Part shown: one piece after another, positions 39,346-53,515 of the stretch | How positions within the stretch are numbered: position 1 is the stretch's first letter | Layout: each line of letters begins with the position of its first letter | The notes under the pieces: generated by a model | Told to the model about the DNA's origin: nothing | The model's database searches: none | Seen by the model: only the letters and a program-made list of their open reading frames with translations | Source: Mobula hypostoma | Taxonomy: Eukaryota | Direction: 5' to 3' | Assembly (NCBI RefSeq): GCF_963921235.1 | Contig: NC_086097.1 | Span: 98,210,001 to 98,274,000, forward strand | DNA: 64,000 bases | Translations under genes and position numbers: made by a program

Positions 39346-40739
39346 TCAAAAACCCATGCTGAATTGTTCCACATCTTCACCATGTCCATCCTCAGGATTT
39401 CACAGCATTTCAATCTAGTTCCTCTCGCCATTCAGCAGATACAATTCCAATCTGTCCACCCTTCCTCATAAAGCAACCCTTTCCACACCAGATGTTGGTC
39501 TGTTGAATGTTCTGCTTCCTATACTGTACGTAGTTCTCCAGACATTCCACTGAAAATCCATGTTAGAGGTGAGCTTGCTTGGCACCAAAAGTCAAAATGA
39601 GGTGGACAGCATCAAAGGTATCAGAGGTAGAAGAAGGAATGGACTGAACATCAGGTGAAAGGATGGAGTGAAACAGGAAGAAGTGAGTTTGGTGGGGCAG
39701 TCTTGGGCAGAAGGTTGAAGCGGCTGTGTAGGGCTGAAAGCCCTCAAGACTGGAAATTATCGTTCTTAAGTCACTGGGATGAAGTCTGTGAAGACTCCGA
39801 GTCAGCAGCCTAGTGTTCCTCCAATCTACTCAGCCTTACCTCTTGTTATTTTCTGAGTTCCTGGTTTACAGCTATTTCTGGGATGTTATTTGTTTACGCT
39901 TCTGGGACAAATAGATACGTTTGCTAACTAAATCATTAAGTCCTGAAAATAGAGCTTCACCAGAGAGTGATTCAGGAGTTCCTGGTATGGGTGAATTCAT
40001 TATTTTTGGCATCAAAGGAAAATTCAGGTTTGATGAAAGGTCTCAAACACGAGAAAATCTGCAGATGCAGGAAATCCAAGCAACAGATACAAACTGCTAG
40101 AGGAACTCAGCAGGCCAGGCAGCATCTCTGGAAAAGAGTCAACATTTCAGGCTGAGACCCTTCCACAGGAACTCATCATCTTCATAGTGAGAGGTCAATG
40201 ACCTGAAACATTAACTCTGTTTTTCTCTCTCCAAGGATGCCGCCTGACCTGCTGAGTCTTGTCTGAACTTTCTATTATGCTTATTGGTTCTCTCACTTTT
40301 TAAAAATTACTTTAATTTACAAAACCTTTCAGCTGGAATCATGGCATCACACAATGCACAGTCCCTTTAAGGTACCACATACAACAATCAGGTACTGTAT
40401 CTACTTACACTAAATTATTGACATAGCTGGCTGTGTCTGGGGGTGACTTTAATTTGGACACCTGACTATTCAGGTCTCCTATTGGAATAAGTTGACTAGC
40501 AAATAGGCAGGCTATGGAAAGGATATGCAGTCTGATCCACAAGGTTATCACCCATTGCTTCTGCTCATGGAAAATTTGTAGTTCATCTCCATGTTGCAAA
40601 AGCCATCAAAACTTCCAGCTCTCCATCGCGTCAAACAAAAAAAAATCTAATCATGATTCTAACAGGTTTGCTGGAATAGGACTCACCTCACTGATGAAGG
40701 AGCAGTCAAATTAGAATTTCTCAGTGAAGATACGCAACT

Positions 40740-41765
40740 TAAAGATCCCTCTGCAATTGGATCCTCAACTTCCTTAACCGGAAGACCACAATCTGTGTGG
40801 ATTGGTGATAACATCTCCGCCTTGCTGATGATCAACTCTGGTGCACCTCAGGGGAGTGTGCTCAGTCCACTGCTCTACTCTTTCTATACCCATGACTGTG
40901 TGACTAGGCATTGTTGAGTAGTGACCATTGTTGGTAGAATCTCAGATGATGACGAAGGCCGTACAGGAGCGAGATATGCCAACTAGTGGAATGGTGCCGC
41001 AGCAACGTCAGTAAGACGGAAGAGCTGATTGTGGACTTCAGGAAGGGTAAGACGAATGAGCACGTACCAATCCTCACAGAGGGATCAGAAGTGGAGAGAG
41101 TCAGCAGCTTCAAGTTTTTGGGTGTCAAGATCTCTGAGGATCTAACCTGGTCCCAACATATCGATGTAGTTATAAAGGCGGCAAGACAGTGGCTATACTT
41201 TATTGGGAGTTTGAAGAGATTTGGTATGTCAACAAAAACACTCAAAAACTTCTATAGTTGTACCATGGAGAGCATTCTGACAGGCTGCATCACTGTCTGG
41301 TATGGAGGGGCTACTCCACAGGACCGAAAGAAGCTGCAGAGGGTTGTAAATCTAGTCAGCTCCATTTTGGGTACTAGCCTACAAAGTACCCAGGACATCT
41401 TCAGGGAGTGGTGTCTCAGAAAGGCAGATCCATTATTAAGGACCTCCAGCACCCAGGGCATGTCCTTTTCTCACTGTTACCATCAGGTAGGAGGTACAGA
41501 AGCCTGAAGGCACACACTCAGCGATTCAGGAACAGCTTCTTCCCCTCTGCCATCCAATTCCTAAATGGACATTGAACCCTTGGAGACTACCTCACTTTTT
41601 AAATATATATTATCCCTATTTTTGCAGAATTTTTAGTCTATTCAATACATATGTATACTGTAGTTGATTGATTTATTTATTATTTTTTCCCCTCTATGTA
41701 TTGCGTTGAACTGCTGCTGTTAAGTTAACAAATTTCATGACACGTGCCAGCGATAATAAATTTGA
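40740..41765 (+). mobile_element. Rex1/Babar LINE RT-3' fragment
   Basis: GAPQGSVLSPLLYS region; ORF 40986..41507 NVSKTEELIVDFRK...FY...ESILTGCITVWYG; AT-rich tail. Confidence 0.88.
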
Positions 41766-42734
41766 AGCTTCGGTCTGTTGATAAACTGAAACCTCTTACA
41801 GCAATTCAGTTGCAGTTTGAACTGAGGGAGAGTTGCAGGGGTCCCAAGGAGTACTGTATAATGAGTAGAGGGGTCAAAGGGAACTGAAAATAGGAAACCA
41901 AGCAGAGGAGCATGATGAAAACAAAAACATTCTGAAATTCTATAAAAACATAAAAGGTTGAGATTATCTTTCTTCAGGAGTATGAAATATTAGATTTGAT
42001 AAACAAAATGAGAAAATGTTGAAGCAGTTTACCAACTGTTGAAAGGGAGGAAGTTGCTTAATTAAGACAAAATCTTATCACTGGAACCATTGTTTGTGAT
42101 CTGTACCATGCCAGCTTGGGGTTTCCGTCCAACAACAGCGACCCACTGCAGCTCCATGTCATTTTCACTTCATCCTTCACCATATCTGCTCCTTCAACAG
42201 AAGATGTCTTTTTCTTTTCTTTCAGGTGTTGAGGATCACGTCCACACCTCCTGATCTCTCACCCATTTTCACTTTGCTCTGGCTTCAGTTCCCACCCTGG
42301 CCTGTCTCTTTCTTACACTCTCACCATTCAATCTTGCCCCCTGTGATCCTGGTCAGATTCATTTCCCGATATCCTGACTATAGGATTTTGAGTTCTCCTT
42401 CCACTGCCCTCAGCCCCTTGCCCCATCCTTTGGCCAATGTCCTTGGACCCATTTCTCTTTCTACATCTACCCATTGCTATCTGCAATTTTTACACTGTCC
42501 CAAAACTGTCACTGAACCGACATGGAAGTTGCTGTAGTGGTTTGGCAAACTGACCTGTATCGCAGTGAAGCCAAACGTTAGCACTCAGTTGCTCCTTGTT
42601 CTTCCCTATAAACCATTGTTTCCCAGACACTGACCCAATTTCCTTGGCACATTTTCCCTGCCCAGTCACAGTGAGCAGTTTCTATTGTCTCTCCAAGGAC
42701 CAGTAGGACCGGCCAGGTGGACCTGTAGTTTCAG

Positions 42735-42776
42735 CCTGTTTATTCTTTCCCTTGTCCTGTTTATTCTTTCCCTTGT
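42735..42776. repeat. Tandem duplication, 2 x 21 bp CCTGTTTATTCTTTCCCTTGT
   Basis: Exact adjacent copies. Confidence 0.9.
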
Positions 42777-42879
42777 CCAGTCTCTTCCCACTCACATCCG
42801 TAAGACCTTTGATATCAAACCTTCTGCCACTTTAACACCTTCCTGATCCTAACCTACTCACTTACATCATTTTTATAAA

Positions 42880-44400
42880 ACCATGAGATATAGGAATAGA
42901 ATTAGGCCATCTGGCCCATCGAGTCTGTTCCATTTTATCATGGTTAATCCATTTTCCCTCTCAGCCCCAATCTCCTGCCTTCTCCCCATATCCCTTCGTG
43001 CCCTGACCAATCAAGAATCTATCAACCTCTTCCTTAAATATTCATGAAAATTTGGCCTTTACAGCTGCCAGTGGCAATGAATTCCACAGATTCACCCACT
43101 CTCTGGCTAAAGAAATTCCTCCTCATCTCCTTTCTAAAAGGATGCCCCTCTATTCTGAGCTGTACCCTCTGGTCTTAAACACTCACACCATAGAAAACAT
43201 CCACTCCACATCCAGTCTATCAAGGCCTTTCACCATTCGATAGGTCTCAATGAGGTCACCCCTCATTCTTTTGAATTACGATGCGTACAGGCCCAGAGCC
43301 ATCAAATGCTCTTCATATAACAAGCCATTCAATCCTGGAATCATTTTCGTAAACCTCCTTTGAAGATAAGGGGCCCAAAACTGCTCACAAATCTCCAAGT
43401 GCTTTATAAAGTCTCAACATTACATCCTTGCTTTTATATTCTAGTCCGCTTGAAATGAATGCTAACATCACATTTGCCTTCCTCACCACAGACTCAACCT
43501 GCAATTTAATCTTTAGGGAATCCTGCACAAGGACTCCCAAGTCCCTTTGTATTTTCTCTCCATTTAGAGAACAGTCAACCCTTTAATTTCTTCTACCAAA
43601 GTGCAAGACCATACACTTCCCGACACTGTATTACATCTGCCATATTTTGCCCATTCTCCTAATCTGTCTAAAGCCTGATTTATACTTCTGTGTCAACGTG
43701 TTGCTGTAAGTACTGCGTCGCCACAAACCCTACGCAAAGCCGACGCAGAACCCTATGCGAGAGCCTGCATTGCTGCGACGCGCACCTCCCCAATGCAATG
43801 CTTTCCATAAAGCTTTACAGACCTCCGAAATTATGAAGGACACATTTTGCTTTTACGAAAAAAGACGCTCGCTTCTTGTTTACCCTGAGAAAGACTACCA
43901 TGACCATGACCATGACCATGAAGCCTTGCACGGGCAGGTGTGTGCGCATGTGTGACGTGCGCGAATTGCAGAGCGACGCAGACACACCAACGCACAAGTA
44001 TAAATGTTCACATCGTGCGTAGGTAACTTGCGTATGTTACGGTGTCGAGTTGACGCACAAGTATAAATCAGGCTTAAGTCCTTCTGTTGCCTCTCTACTT
44101 CCTCAAAACTACCTGCACCTGCACCTATCTTTGTATCATCTGCAAACTTTGCAACAAAGCCATCAATTCCATCATCCAGATCATTGACATACAACGCAAA
44201 AAGAATCGGTCCCAACACAGACTCCTGTGGAGGACCACTCGTGACTGGGAACCAGCCAGAAAAGGCTCCCTTTCTTTTCACTCCTTGCCTCTTCCAATCA
44301 GCCACTGCTTTATCCATGGGCTTCCCTGTAATACCATGGGCTTGTAGTTTGTTAAGCAGCCTCACGAGCGTTGCCTTGTGAAAATCCAAGTAGACACCAT
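42880..44400 (-). mobile_element. CR1 RT-3' fragment
   Basis: FADDTKIG in ORF 43895..44527; CR1 3' UTR at ~42880-43060. Confidence 0.88.
43672..44074. mobile_element. PIF/Harbinger-type MITE inserted in CR1
   Basis: 26-bp TIRs AGCCTGATTTATACTT(C/G)TG(T/C)GTCAAC; TAA TSD (43669-43671, 44075-44077); removal restores CR1 CTGTCTAAGTCC. Confidence 0.85.
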
Positions 44401-47400
44401 CAACTGAAGTCAGGATGGTGTTCGGCCTGGAGGGTAACTTCCAGTTGGTGATATCCCCACGTTTTTGCTGCCCTTGTCCTTGCAGCTGGTGGAGATTGTG
44501 GATTTGAAAGGTGTTTTGGGTGTCCAATTCTCTGTACCTACATCAGCAATTCCACAGGAGTCTTCACCTTTTCCTGCAGCAAATGTCCAAACAAGAGATA
44601 CAAGGAATCTGAAGGAACTCTGCAGCTGTGGAGGGAAATGGACGTTTTGGATCAAGGTGTGGCCACAGCTCCTCCACCTACACAGACCCTTATCTGGCTG
44701 AACCTATTGTCACACTGAACGTCCAGTGAAGGATCACCCTGTACATAGATATGGCTGGACCAGTAGAAAAGGTGCCAGAGAGATAACTTTCCTTTATTTA
44801 ATGAGGCCCAGAATATCAATTGAATGCAATTAGGAACTGGAGGTGCCAACTCAGCTCTTCAAGACTCCTCAAGATCAAAGCCGATTGACTACTCCAATAC
44901 CATAGAACACAGGAACAGGTCCTTTGACCCACAATGCTGTGCTAAACTAATTAAGCTAATGACATCTAATCAAATATTATTGCAGTCCCATCCCTCCGAT
45001 CCCTGCATATATTTGTGCTTATCAAAGAGTCTCTTAAATGCCTGTATTGTGTCTGCCTCCACTATCACCCGAAGCACCTCTTCCAACATCCTCGATGTAA
45101 CAAACCTTGCTCCATACACCTCCTTTGAAATACCTCCTTTACCTTAAGTGCATGTCCTGTAGAGTTAGACATCTCAAACCTGAGAAAAAGATACCAACTT
45201 CTACTATATCTATGTCAATCATAACTTTCTAAATTCACCAGGTCTCCCCTCAACTTCTGACACTGCATAGGAAGCAACCCTTGTTTGTTCGGTCTCCTAT
45301 AACAGCAGATGATCTCTAATCCAGGCAGCATCCCCATAAACATCTTCTGCACCCTTTCCAAAGCCTCAGTGTCCCTCCGATAATGGAGTGACCAGAATTG
45401 AATGCAAACTTCAGATGCAGCCTATCCCTGAGAACCATTTTCCTGCACAGTCTCCATATCCCCTAATACCCAGAAACTATCAGTATTTGAATGAACTCTC
45501 CACTCTCCACTCTTAATTCATCCAGTCTCTGTGTAAAGAAATTTCTCTGCATCTTTGGTCCAAATGCCTCCTTGCTCTTGATATAAGACTGAGAGCACCC
45601 GATATCCAGGCTGTCAAGCCCGATAATGGGAGATTTCTTCTCATTGATCTAAACTCTGGAGAGTATCGACCTCATCTCCTCAATCCTCCTTATATGGCAG
45701 TCCACCACCCAAGGAATCAGTCTGGTCAATGGCTGTTATACACCCTCTATGGCAAGTATATTGTTTGTTCGGTAAGGTGACCAAAACATGCAGAAAACCC
45801 CAGGTGTAGTCACATGATATAATACTCTTGTACACATACCCTTTCGTTAAATACTATTTGCCTTCCCGATTGTTTGCTGCATTTGTGCATTGGCTGGCAG
45901 TGACTTGTGTACAGGACCACTTAGATCCCTTCGAACAACAATATTTCACTGTCTGTCATTGTCCAGAAAATACTCTGCTTTTCTGCTTTGTAATAGCTGG
46001 GGCTAAGCACTGTTTCCTGGTCTAGAGGCACTGAGAACTGGAATGATGAGTGTCTTCTTCATTCAGAGTGTGAAGCATCATTGGGATTCTCTACTCCTTA
46101 AGTGGTGTCAAGGTCCAGTCATTGGGTTCATTTAAAACGCAGCCAAGGACCTGTTTGTACCCACTACTAGCACTCTGTCCAGTAACCAATTCTCAGACTT
46201 TTTCAGTACCTTATACATGATTTCATGTGCTCCAACCTTGTTGACCTCCAGAAACTTTCTTCAGACCTAAACAGACCACACTTGCTGGCTCCTCCTTACT
46301 TACTCCATGTATCACATCCTCAAAGAATTCCAATAGTCATTTCCCCTTCCCACTCCATACTCTGTTCCATCTGATTATTCATTTGCTGATGTTCTGCAGT
46401 TAGAGTTCCCTGCATTTTTTCTGCTGATGACGCTAGGCTAACTAGTCAGTGATTCGCCCTTGTATCTCTCCCTACTTTCTTAAAAAGTAGAGCTACATTT
46501 ATTCTCCCCCAATCTGCACAAACCATGCAAAAATCTGTCTCCTACGTTTTTCTGTAATTCCCCAAAACCATTTTAATGAAAGACATGGATTAGTTCAGCA
46601 AGGACCTTTGGAATTTAAAACACAGACAATGACCATTTGCTCCATCCTATCCTTGCTAACCAGGATGCTTAGCCAGATTCTATCTATCTTTCTTGACCTT
46701 GGCTTACCTTTCCTGTCCTCTCCCCTACTAGTTCTATCTGTCTATCATCCCTCCCTTATCTGGTTCATCTACCATCTACCAACCTCAGCCTCTACCCTTC
46801 CACCTCTCCTCTCCACCTGTCTCCATTTTCCTATGTTTCCCACTGGCCTCTATCTCAACACCCCTTCCTTCATCTGTTTTCACCTATTATCTTCCAGCCA
46901 CTGACTCACATCTCTGCTCTACGGTCCTGATATAAGGTCTTAATGCAAAGAATTGGTCAACCTCTGCATCAACAGATACTGCTGGACCTGCTGAGTTCCT
47001 CCAACAATTTACCTTCTGCTCCAGACCCCAGCATCTGCTGTCACTTGTGTCTCTACTGCCCAGTTTTTGATTTTGAAAGATGCCTTCACTAACTATTGCC
47101 GTCTCTTTTCAAACTCTGGGTTATAAATCACTGGATCCTTGGTATTTAAAAGCTTCATCTTGTTAAAGTCTCCAGCCCATTTTTAACTAATTTAAATTTC
47201 CTTCAGTTTTTCTTTTTAGGTAATGTAAGGACTACTGACTACAGTCCAGTTTTTTCAGCTGTGGCTTTGGAAATTGAAGGAAGGAAGTAATTATATGAGA
47301 GAAATGTACAAAAAAACAGAGCATTTGCAGGGCTGGGAGGGTTTTACCTGCAAAATAATTAGATGGCAAGTATTCATTACCTTGTTACAGAGGTGAAGGG

Positions 47401-49152
47401 AGAACTAACTGGTGCATGTAAAGTGATTCAGAGTAATAACTCATCTACTTTGGTTGGTAGGTTGACATTTAGGGTTGGTTAAAATAATTGGCAGGAAGGT
47501 TAGGTGATTAGTGAAATTTTCATCCAGTGAGGGGCCGGAACTCTATACATAGTCATACAAAAATTCAGCACAGAAACAGGCCCTTTGGCCCATCCAGTCC
47601 ATGCAGAAACCATTTAACCTGCCTACGCTCATCGAGCTGCCCCGGGACCATTGCCCTCCATACCCCTACTTTCCATGTACCTGTCCAAGCTTCTCTTAAA
47701 TGCTGAAATCAAGCTCGCATGCATCACTTAACACTGCTAGTTCATTCCACACTCTCATGAGTGAAGAAGTTTCCTCTCATGTCCCCCTTAAACTTTTCAC
47801 CTTTCACCCTTAACCCATGACCTCTGGTTGTTGTCCCACCCAACCTCAGTGGAAAAAGCCTGCTTGCATTTACCCTATCTATACCCCTCATAATTTTGTA
47901 TACCTCTATCAAATCTTCTCTCAGTCTTCTACATTCTAAAGAATACAGCCCTCACCTATTCAATCTTTTCTTATAATTCAGGCCTCCAGTCCCGTCAATA
48001 TCCTTGTAAATTTTCTCTGTCCTCTTTCAACCTTATTTACATTTTTCCTGTAGGTAGGTGACTAAAATTGTGCACAATACTCCAGATTAGGTCTCACCAA
48101 TGTCTTACACAACTTCAACATAACATCCCATCTCCTGGACTCAATACTTTGATTTATGAAGGCCAAATGTACTGTAAGGTTTCTTTACGACCCTATCTAC
48201 CTGTCACACCACTTCCAATGAATTATGGACCTGTATTCTACCATTTGTTTTACCACACTCCTCAGTGCCCTACCATTCACTGTGTAAGACCTATCCTGGT
48301 TGGTTCTACTGAAGTGCAAAACCACACACTTGTCTACATTAAATTCCATCTGACATTTTTCAGCCTATTTTTCTAGCTGATCTAAATCTCTCTGCAAGCC
48401 ATGATAGCCTTCCTCACTATCCACTACACCCACAGTCTTGGTGCCATCCGCAAATTTGCTGATCCAGTTAACGACATTGTCATTCAGATCATTGATATAG
48501 ATGACAAACAACAGACCCAGCACTGATCCCCGCGACACTCCACTAGTCACAGATCTCCAGTCAGAGAGGCAACCCTCTACTACCACTCTCTGGCTTCTCC
48601 CACAAAGCTGATGTCTAATCCAATTTACTACCTCATCTTCAATGCTGAGTGACTGAACCTTCTTGACAACCTCCCATGCGGGACTTTGTAAAATGCCTTG
48701 CTAAAGTCCATGTAGACAACATTCACTGCCTTGCCTTCATCCACTTTCCTAATAATTTCCTAGAAAAACTCTATAAGATTAGTTAGACATGACCTACCAT
48801 GCACAAAGCCATGCTGACTACCCTTAATCAGTACATGTCTAACCAAATACTTTTATATCCAGTCCCTCAGAATACTTCCAATAACTTTCCCACAACTGAT
48901 GTCAGACTCACTAGCCTATAATTTCCTGGATTTTGTTTAGAGGCTTTTTTAAACAGTGGAACAATATTGGTTATCCTCCAATCCTCTGGTACCTCACCTG
49001 TCATTAAGGATGATTTAAACATCTCTGCTAAAGTCCCGGAAATTTCTGTACACCTCCAGTAGGGTCAGAGGGAACACCTTGTCAGGTCTGACTTGCTTCA
49101 GCATAGCGAACAATTCAGCCTCTGCAATCTGTACAGGGTCCATGAAGTTAAT

Positions 49153-50004
49153 ATACATCAAAGTTGCTGGTGAACGCAGCAGGCCAGGCAGCATCTATAG
49201 GAAGAGGCGCAGTCGACGTTTCAGGCCGAGACCCTTCGTCAGGACTAACTGAAGGAAGAGTGAGTAAGGGATTTGAAAGTTGGAGGGGGAGGGGGAGATC
49301 CAAAATGATAGGAGAAGACAGGAGGGGGAGGGATGGAGCCAAGAGCTGGACAGGTGATAGGCAAAAGGGGATACGAGAGGATCATGGGACAGGAGGGAAG
49401 AAAGACAAGGGAGGGGACCCAGAGGATGGGCAAGAGGTATATTCAGAGGGACAGAGGGAGAAAAAGGAGAGTGAGAGAAAGAATGTGTGCATAAAAATGA
49501 GTAACAGATGGGGTACGAGGGGGAGGTGGGGCCTTAGCGGAAGTTAGAGAAGTCGATGTTCATGCCATCAGGTTGGAGGCTACCCAGACGGAATATAAGG
49601 TGTTGTTCCTCCAACCTGAGTGTGGCTTCATCCTTACAGTAGAGGAGGCCGTGGATAGACATGTCAGAATGGGAATGGGATGTGGAATTAAAATGCATGG
49701 CCACTGGGAGATCCTGCTTTCTCTGGCGGACAGAGCGTAGATGTTCAGCAAAGCGGTCTCCCAGTCTGCGTCGGGTCTCACCAATATATAGAAGGCCACA
49801 TCGGGAGCACCGGACGCAGTATATCACCCCAGTCGACTCACAGGTGAAGTGATGCCTCACCTGGAAGGACTGTTTGGGGCCCTGAATGGTGGTAAGGGAG
49901 GAAGTGTAAGGGTATGTGTAAGTAAAAGGGCCTGCTGCGTTCACCAGCAACTTTGATGTATGTTGCTTGAATTTCCAGCATCTGCAGAATTCCTTTTGTT
50001 TGTT
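49153..50004 (-). mobile_element. Young Penelope-like element with GIY-YIG endonuclease domain and inverted terminus
   Basis: 15-bp TSD GTCCATGAAGTTAAT (49138-49152, 50005-50019); FTCESTGVIYCVRCSRCGLLYIGETRRRLGDRFAEH...LQPDGMN at 49534-49920; inverted 3' end 49929-50004. Confidence 0.92.
49211..49246 (-). ncRNA. Minimal type I hammerhead ribozyme motif
   Basis: Exact reverse complement of 38331-38366. Confidence 0.75.
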
Positions 50005-52042
50005 GTCCATGAAGTTAATGTTGCTTTGTCTCATTTCTATATACTCTGTGTCAGTCTCCTGAGTACATACTGATGAAATGAATTCATTTAAGATCTCCCA
50101 CATCTGTTTTGGCCCTACAAATGGATTACCATTCTGGTCATCCAGAGGACCAATTTTATCCCTTGCAATCCTTTTGCTATTAACATCTGTAGAATCCCTA
50201 GGATTCTCCTTCACCTTGTCTGCTAGAGCAACTCCATGCTTTCTTTTAGCCCTCCTGATTTCTTTCTTAAGTGTTCCCTTGCATTTCTTATACAGTACTC
50301 TTTAAGCACCTCATTTGTTCCTACCTGCTTATACTTGCAACACACTTCCTTTTTTCTTTTAACCAGGGTTCCCGACACTTGTTATCTTTACCTTTTATTC
50401 TACAGGCACTTACAAGCTCTGTATTCTCAAAATTTTGTTTTTGAAGACCTTCCACTTATCAAGTACACCTTTGGCAGGAAACAGCTAGTCCCAATCCACA
50501 CTTGCCTGATCATTTCTGATACCATCAAAATTGGCCTTGCTCTGACTCCAATTCTCCAATTGGAATCTCAACACATGAACCAGACCTATCTGTTTGCATA
50601 TTTATTTTGAAGCTAGTGGAATTGTGATCACTGGGTGCAATGTGTTCTCCTACACAAACTTCTGTCATCTGCTCTGTCTCGTTCCCGAGCAGTAGATCCA
50701 GTATCGCACACTCTGTCGTTGGGATTTCTATGTACTGATGAAGGAAACTTCCCTGAACTCATTTGACAAATTCTATCCCATGTAAACCTTTCATAGTATG
50801 GGGTTCCCAGTGAATCTTATGTTTCTTGCAACAGTCTGCCATCACTTTACAAGTTTGTTCCTCTAAAAGGGAACCTGAAGGAGTGGTGAGGCAGAAGCAT
50901 ACATCATATTTAAAATTACTTAAGGTCAAAGCTTGAAGTGCCAATGTTTGCAAGGTTGTCACCAAGAGGGAAAATAGATAAAGGAGAGATGGATGAATGA
51001 GAGGAGATCTTATAGAAACATAAAATCATGAAAGGGATAGATAAGATAGAGGCAGGGAAGTTGTTTCCACTGATGGGTGAGAGCTAGAACTAGGGACATA
51101 GCCTCAAGATTCGGGAGAGTAGATTTAGGAGGAACCGCATCTCCCAGAGAGTGATGAATTTGTGGAGTACTCTGCCCAAAAAAAAGCAGTGAAGCTACCT
51201 CAGTAAGTAAATGTAAGACAAGGATTGGGTAGATTTTTAAGTAGTAGGGAATTAAGCGTTATGAGGAAAAGGCAGGTGGGTGGAGATGAGTCCATGGTCA
51301 GATCAGCCATGATCTTATTGAATGGCAAAACAGGCGTGACAGGCCAGATGGCCGACTCCTGCTCCTATTTCTTATATTCTTATGAACCAAGTGGTCCTCC
51401 TCTGTGCTTCACAGTTCAGTGATTCTTGATGATTGCCTTTCAATCCCTCATAGTCTTTGAGTAAGATGTTACTTAATGATGCTTTGAAAATATCTTTCAT
51501 TGGCAACTTGTGCAGATGGAAGGTGCAGTGTTAGGCACTGCCCATTCCATCACAGGTACATCACTTCCTTCCATCCAGTTCATCTTCATGCTGCTTTGCT
51601 TCAGGAAGGCTAACCGTATCATCAAGGATGCCTGACAGCCCCATCACTCCATTTTCTCTCTTCTCCTTTCTGGCAGAAGATATAGGAGCTTGAAAGCCCA
51701 GATGGTCAGAGTTAAGAACAACTTCTTTTCTTTTGGTTATTCTGTTATTGTCATTTCTTTCTGCACTATTTCAGATTACACTGCAATCTTTGCACCATTC
51801 TGTTGTTTTGCAGTTGTGTCTGTGCTTAGGGTTACCATTTACACTGTTTACCTTTTGAGATTCATGTGAGTAAGAAACTCCATTGCGTCCAGGTGTATTG
51901 GCCAATAAACTGATCTGAATCTGAAGTACTTTAGGGAAATCCAAAGGGCAGGATTAATCTACATTTGGAAAAGCAGGGATTGATCAGGAATGATCAAGCC
52001 CTTATTGGGGGGGGGGTGGGAATCTTGTCTGAACAATTTGAA

Positions 52043-52433
52043 CAACACACATCAAAGTTGCTGGTGAACGCAGCAGGCCAGGCAGTATCTCTAGGAAGAG
52101 GTACAGTCGACGTTTCGGGCCGAGACCCTTCGTCAGGACTAACTGAAGGAAGAGCTAGTGAGAGATTTGAAAGTGGGAGGGGGAGGGGGAGGGTTAGAGC
52201 CAAGAGCTGGACAGTTGATTGGCAAAAGGGATACGAGAGGATCATGGGACAGGAGGCCCAGGGAGAAAGAAAAGGGGGAGGGAGGGGAAACCCAGAGGAT
52301 GGGCAAGGGATATAGTGAGAGGGACAGAGGGAGAAAAAGGAGAGAGAGAGAAAGAACGTTTGTATATAAATAAATAATGGATGGGGTACGAGGGGGAGGT
52401 GGGGCATTAGCGGAAGTTAGAGAAGTCAATGTT
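52043..52433 (-). mobile_element. Penelope-like terminal repeat insertion with hammerhead motif (52105-52140)
   Basis: 9-bp TSD CAATTTGAA (52034-52042, 52434-52442). Confidence 0.85.
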
Positions 52434-53127
52434 CAATTTGAATATGCTTTTTGAAGTAACAATATACATTGATGAGGGCAGTGTGATTAATGCAGTCTGC
52501 ATGGTCTTTAATGAAGCCATTAAAATATTCAGTTTGATCTAGGGCAAATTAAATTGATTTAGGAAATAAGACAGAAGATGATGGTGGATGGCTTGTCTTG
52601 TGATTGAAATCTATGATCTGCAGTGAACCAGAGGGTTCAGTATCAGGGTACTTACTATTTCTTGTATTTATATCCAGGTCATTAAATGCATATAAGAGAT
52701 ATAATTAAATAAGATTAGAGATGATACAGAAATTGGTAATAGAGAGAGAGGTGGTCTTCAGCTATAGAATGATATTGATCAACTGGTAGCTTAAGTATGC
52801 AAAGGCAGATGGAATTTAATCCTGGTAAGTGTGAAGTCATTTTTTTGGGGGGGAGGGTGTCTAATAAGTCGAACATAAATCATGAATGGAAGGGCCTCAA
52901 AGAATATTGCAGAACTGTGGAACCTTGGCGTACAAGTTTAGAGATCCTAAAGGTGGCAGCACAGGTGGATAAGATGGTAAAGGCTGTATACCAGATTCTG
53001 GCCTTTATCACCAGGGCATATAGTACAAGAACATGGAGAAAGTGGTTCAACAGTAAAACTTTAGTTAAATCGCAGCTGGAATTCTATGTGCAGTTGTAGC
53101 CTCCAGACTTTCAGAAGGACATAAATG

Positions 53128-53191
53128 CACTGGAGAGGGCGCACACTGGAGAGGGTGCACACTGGAGAGGCCGCACACTGGAGAGGGCGCA
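53128..53191. repeat. Minisatellite, 4 x 16 bp CACTGGAGAGGGCGCA, expanded inside an old CR1 fragment
   Basis: Four adjacent units with single substitutions. Confidence 0.9.
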
Positions 53192-53515
53192 TAAGGGAGT
53201 CACCAATCCTGGGACTCCCTTATGCACCCTGGGATGGAATATTTCAGTTATCAGAGTGGATAGACTGTGTTTGCTTTCCTGTGAGTGGAGGAGGCTGATA
53301 GAGGTATATAACACTGAGGGCAATACCTGGAGTGTTAATGAGGACCTTTTCCCTTTAATGGAGATACCCAAAACTTTAAAAAAAAATCCTTAAGTTTAAG
53401 GTAAGGAGTAAAATATTTAGAGACTATAGGAAATATTCATGCAGAGAGTGGTTGCAGTCTGGAATGCACAGCCTGAGATGGTAGGTACAGATATTTTAAC
53501 ATTTATGTATCTATA

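Larger units (their letters stand above)
47545..50815 (-). mobile_element. CR1 ORF2 fragment interrupted by a Penelope-like element
   Basis: ORFs 48365..48586, 50759..50965 and the N-terminal part of 49534..50214. Confidence 0.9.

Noticed and set aside
49534..50214. 226-aa ORF appearing to fuse CR1 ORF2 to a GIY-YIG nuclease
   Set aside because: Chance read-through across an insertion junction; the 15-bp TSD shows a Penelope element inserted into CR1
53128..53191. Short direct repeats as a CRISPR-like array
   Set aside because: No spacers; simple tandem expansion of CR1 sequence in a vertebrate genome
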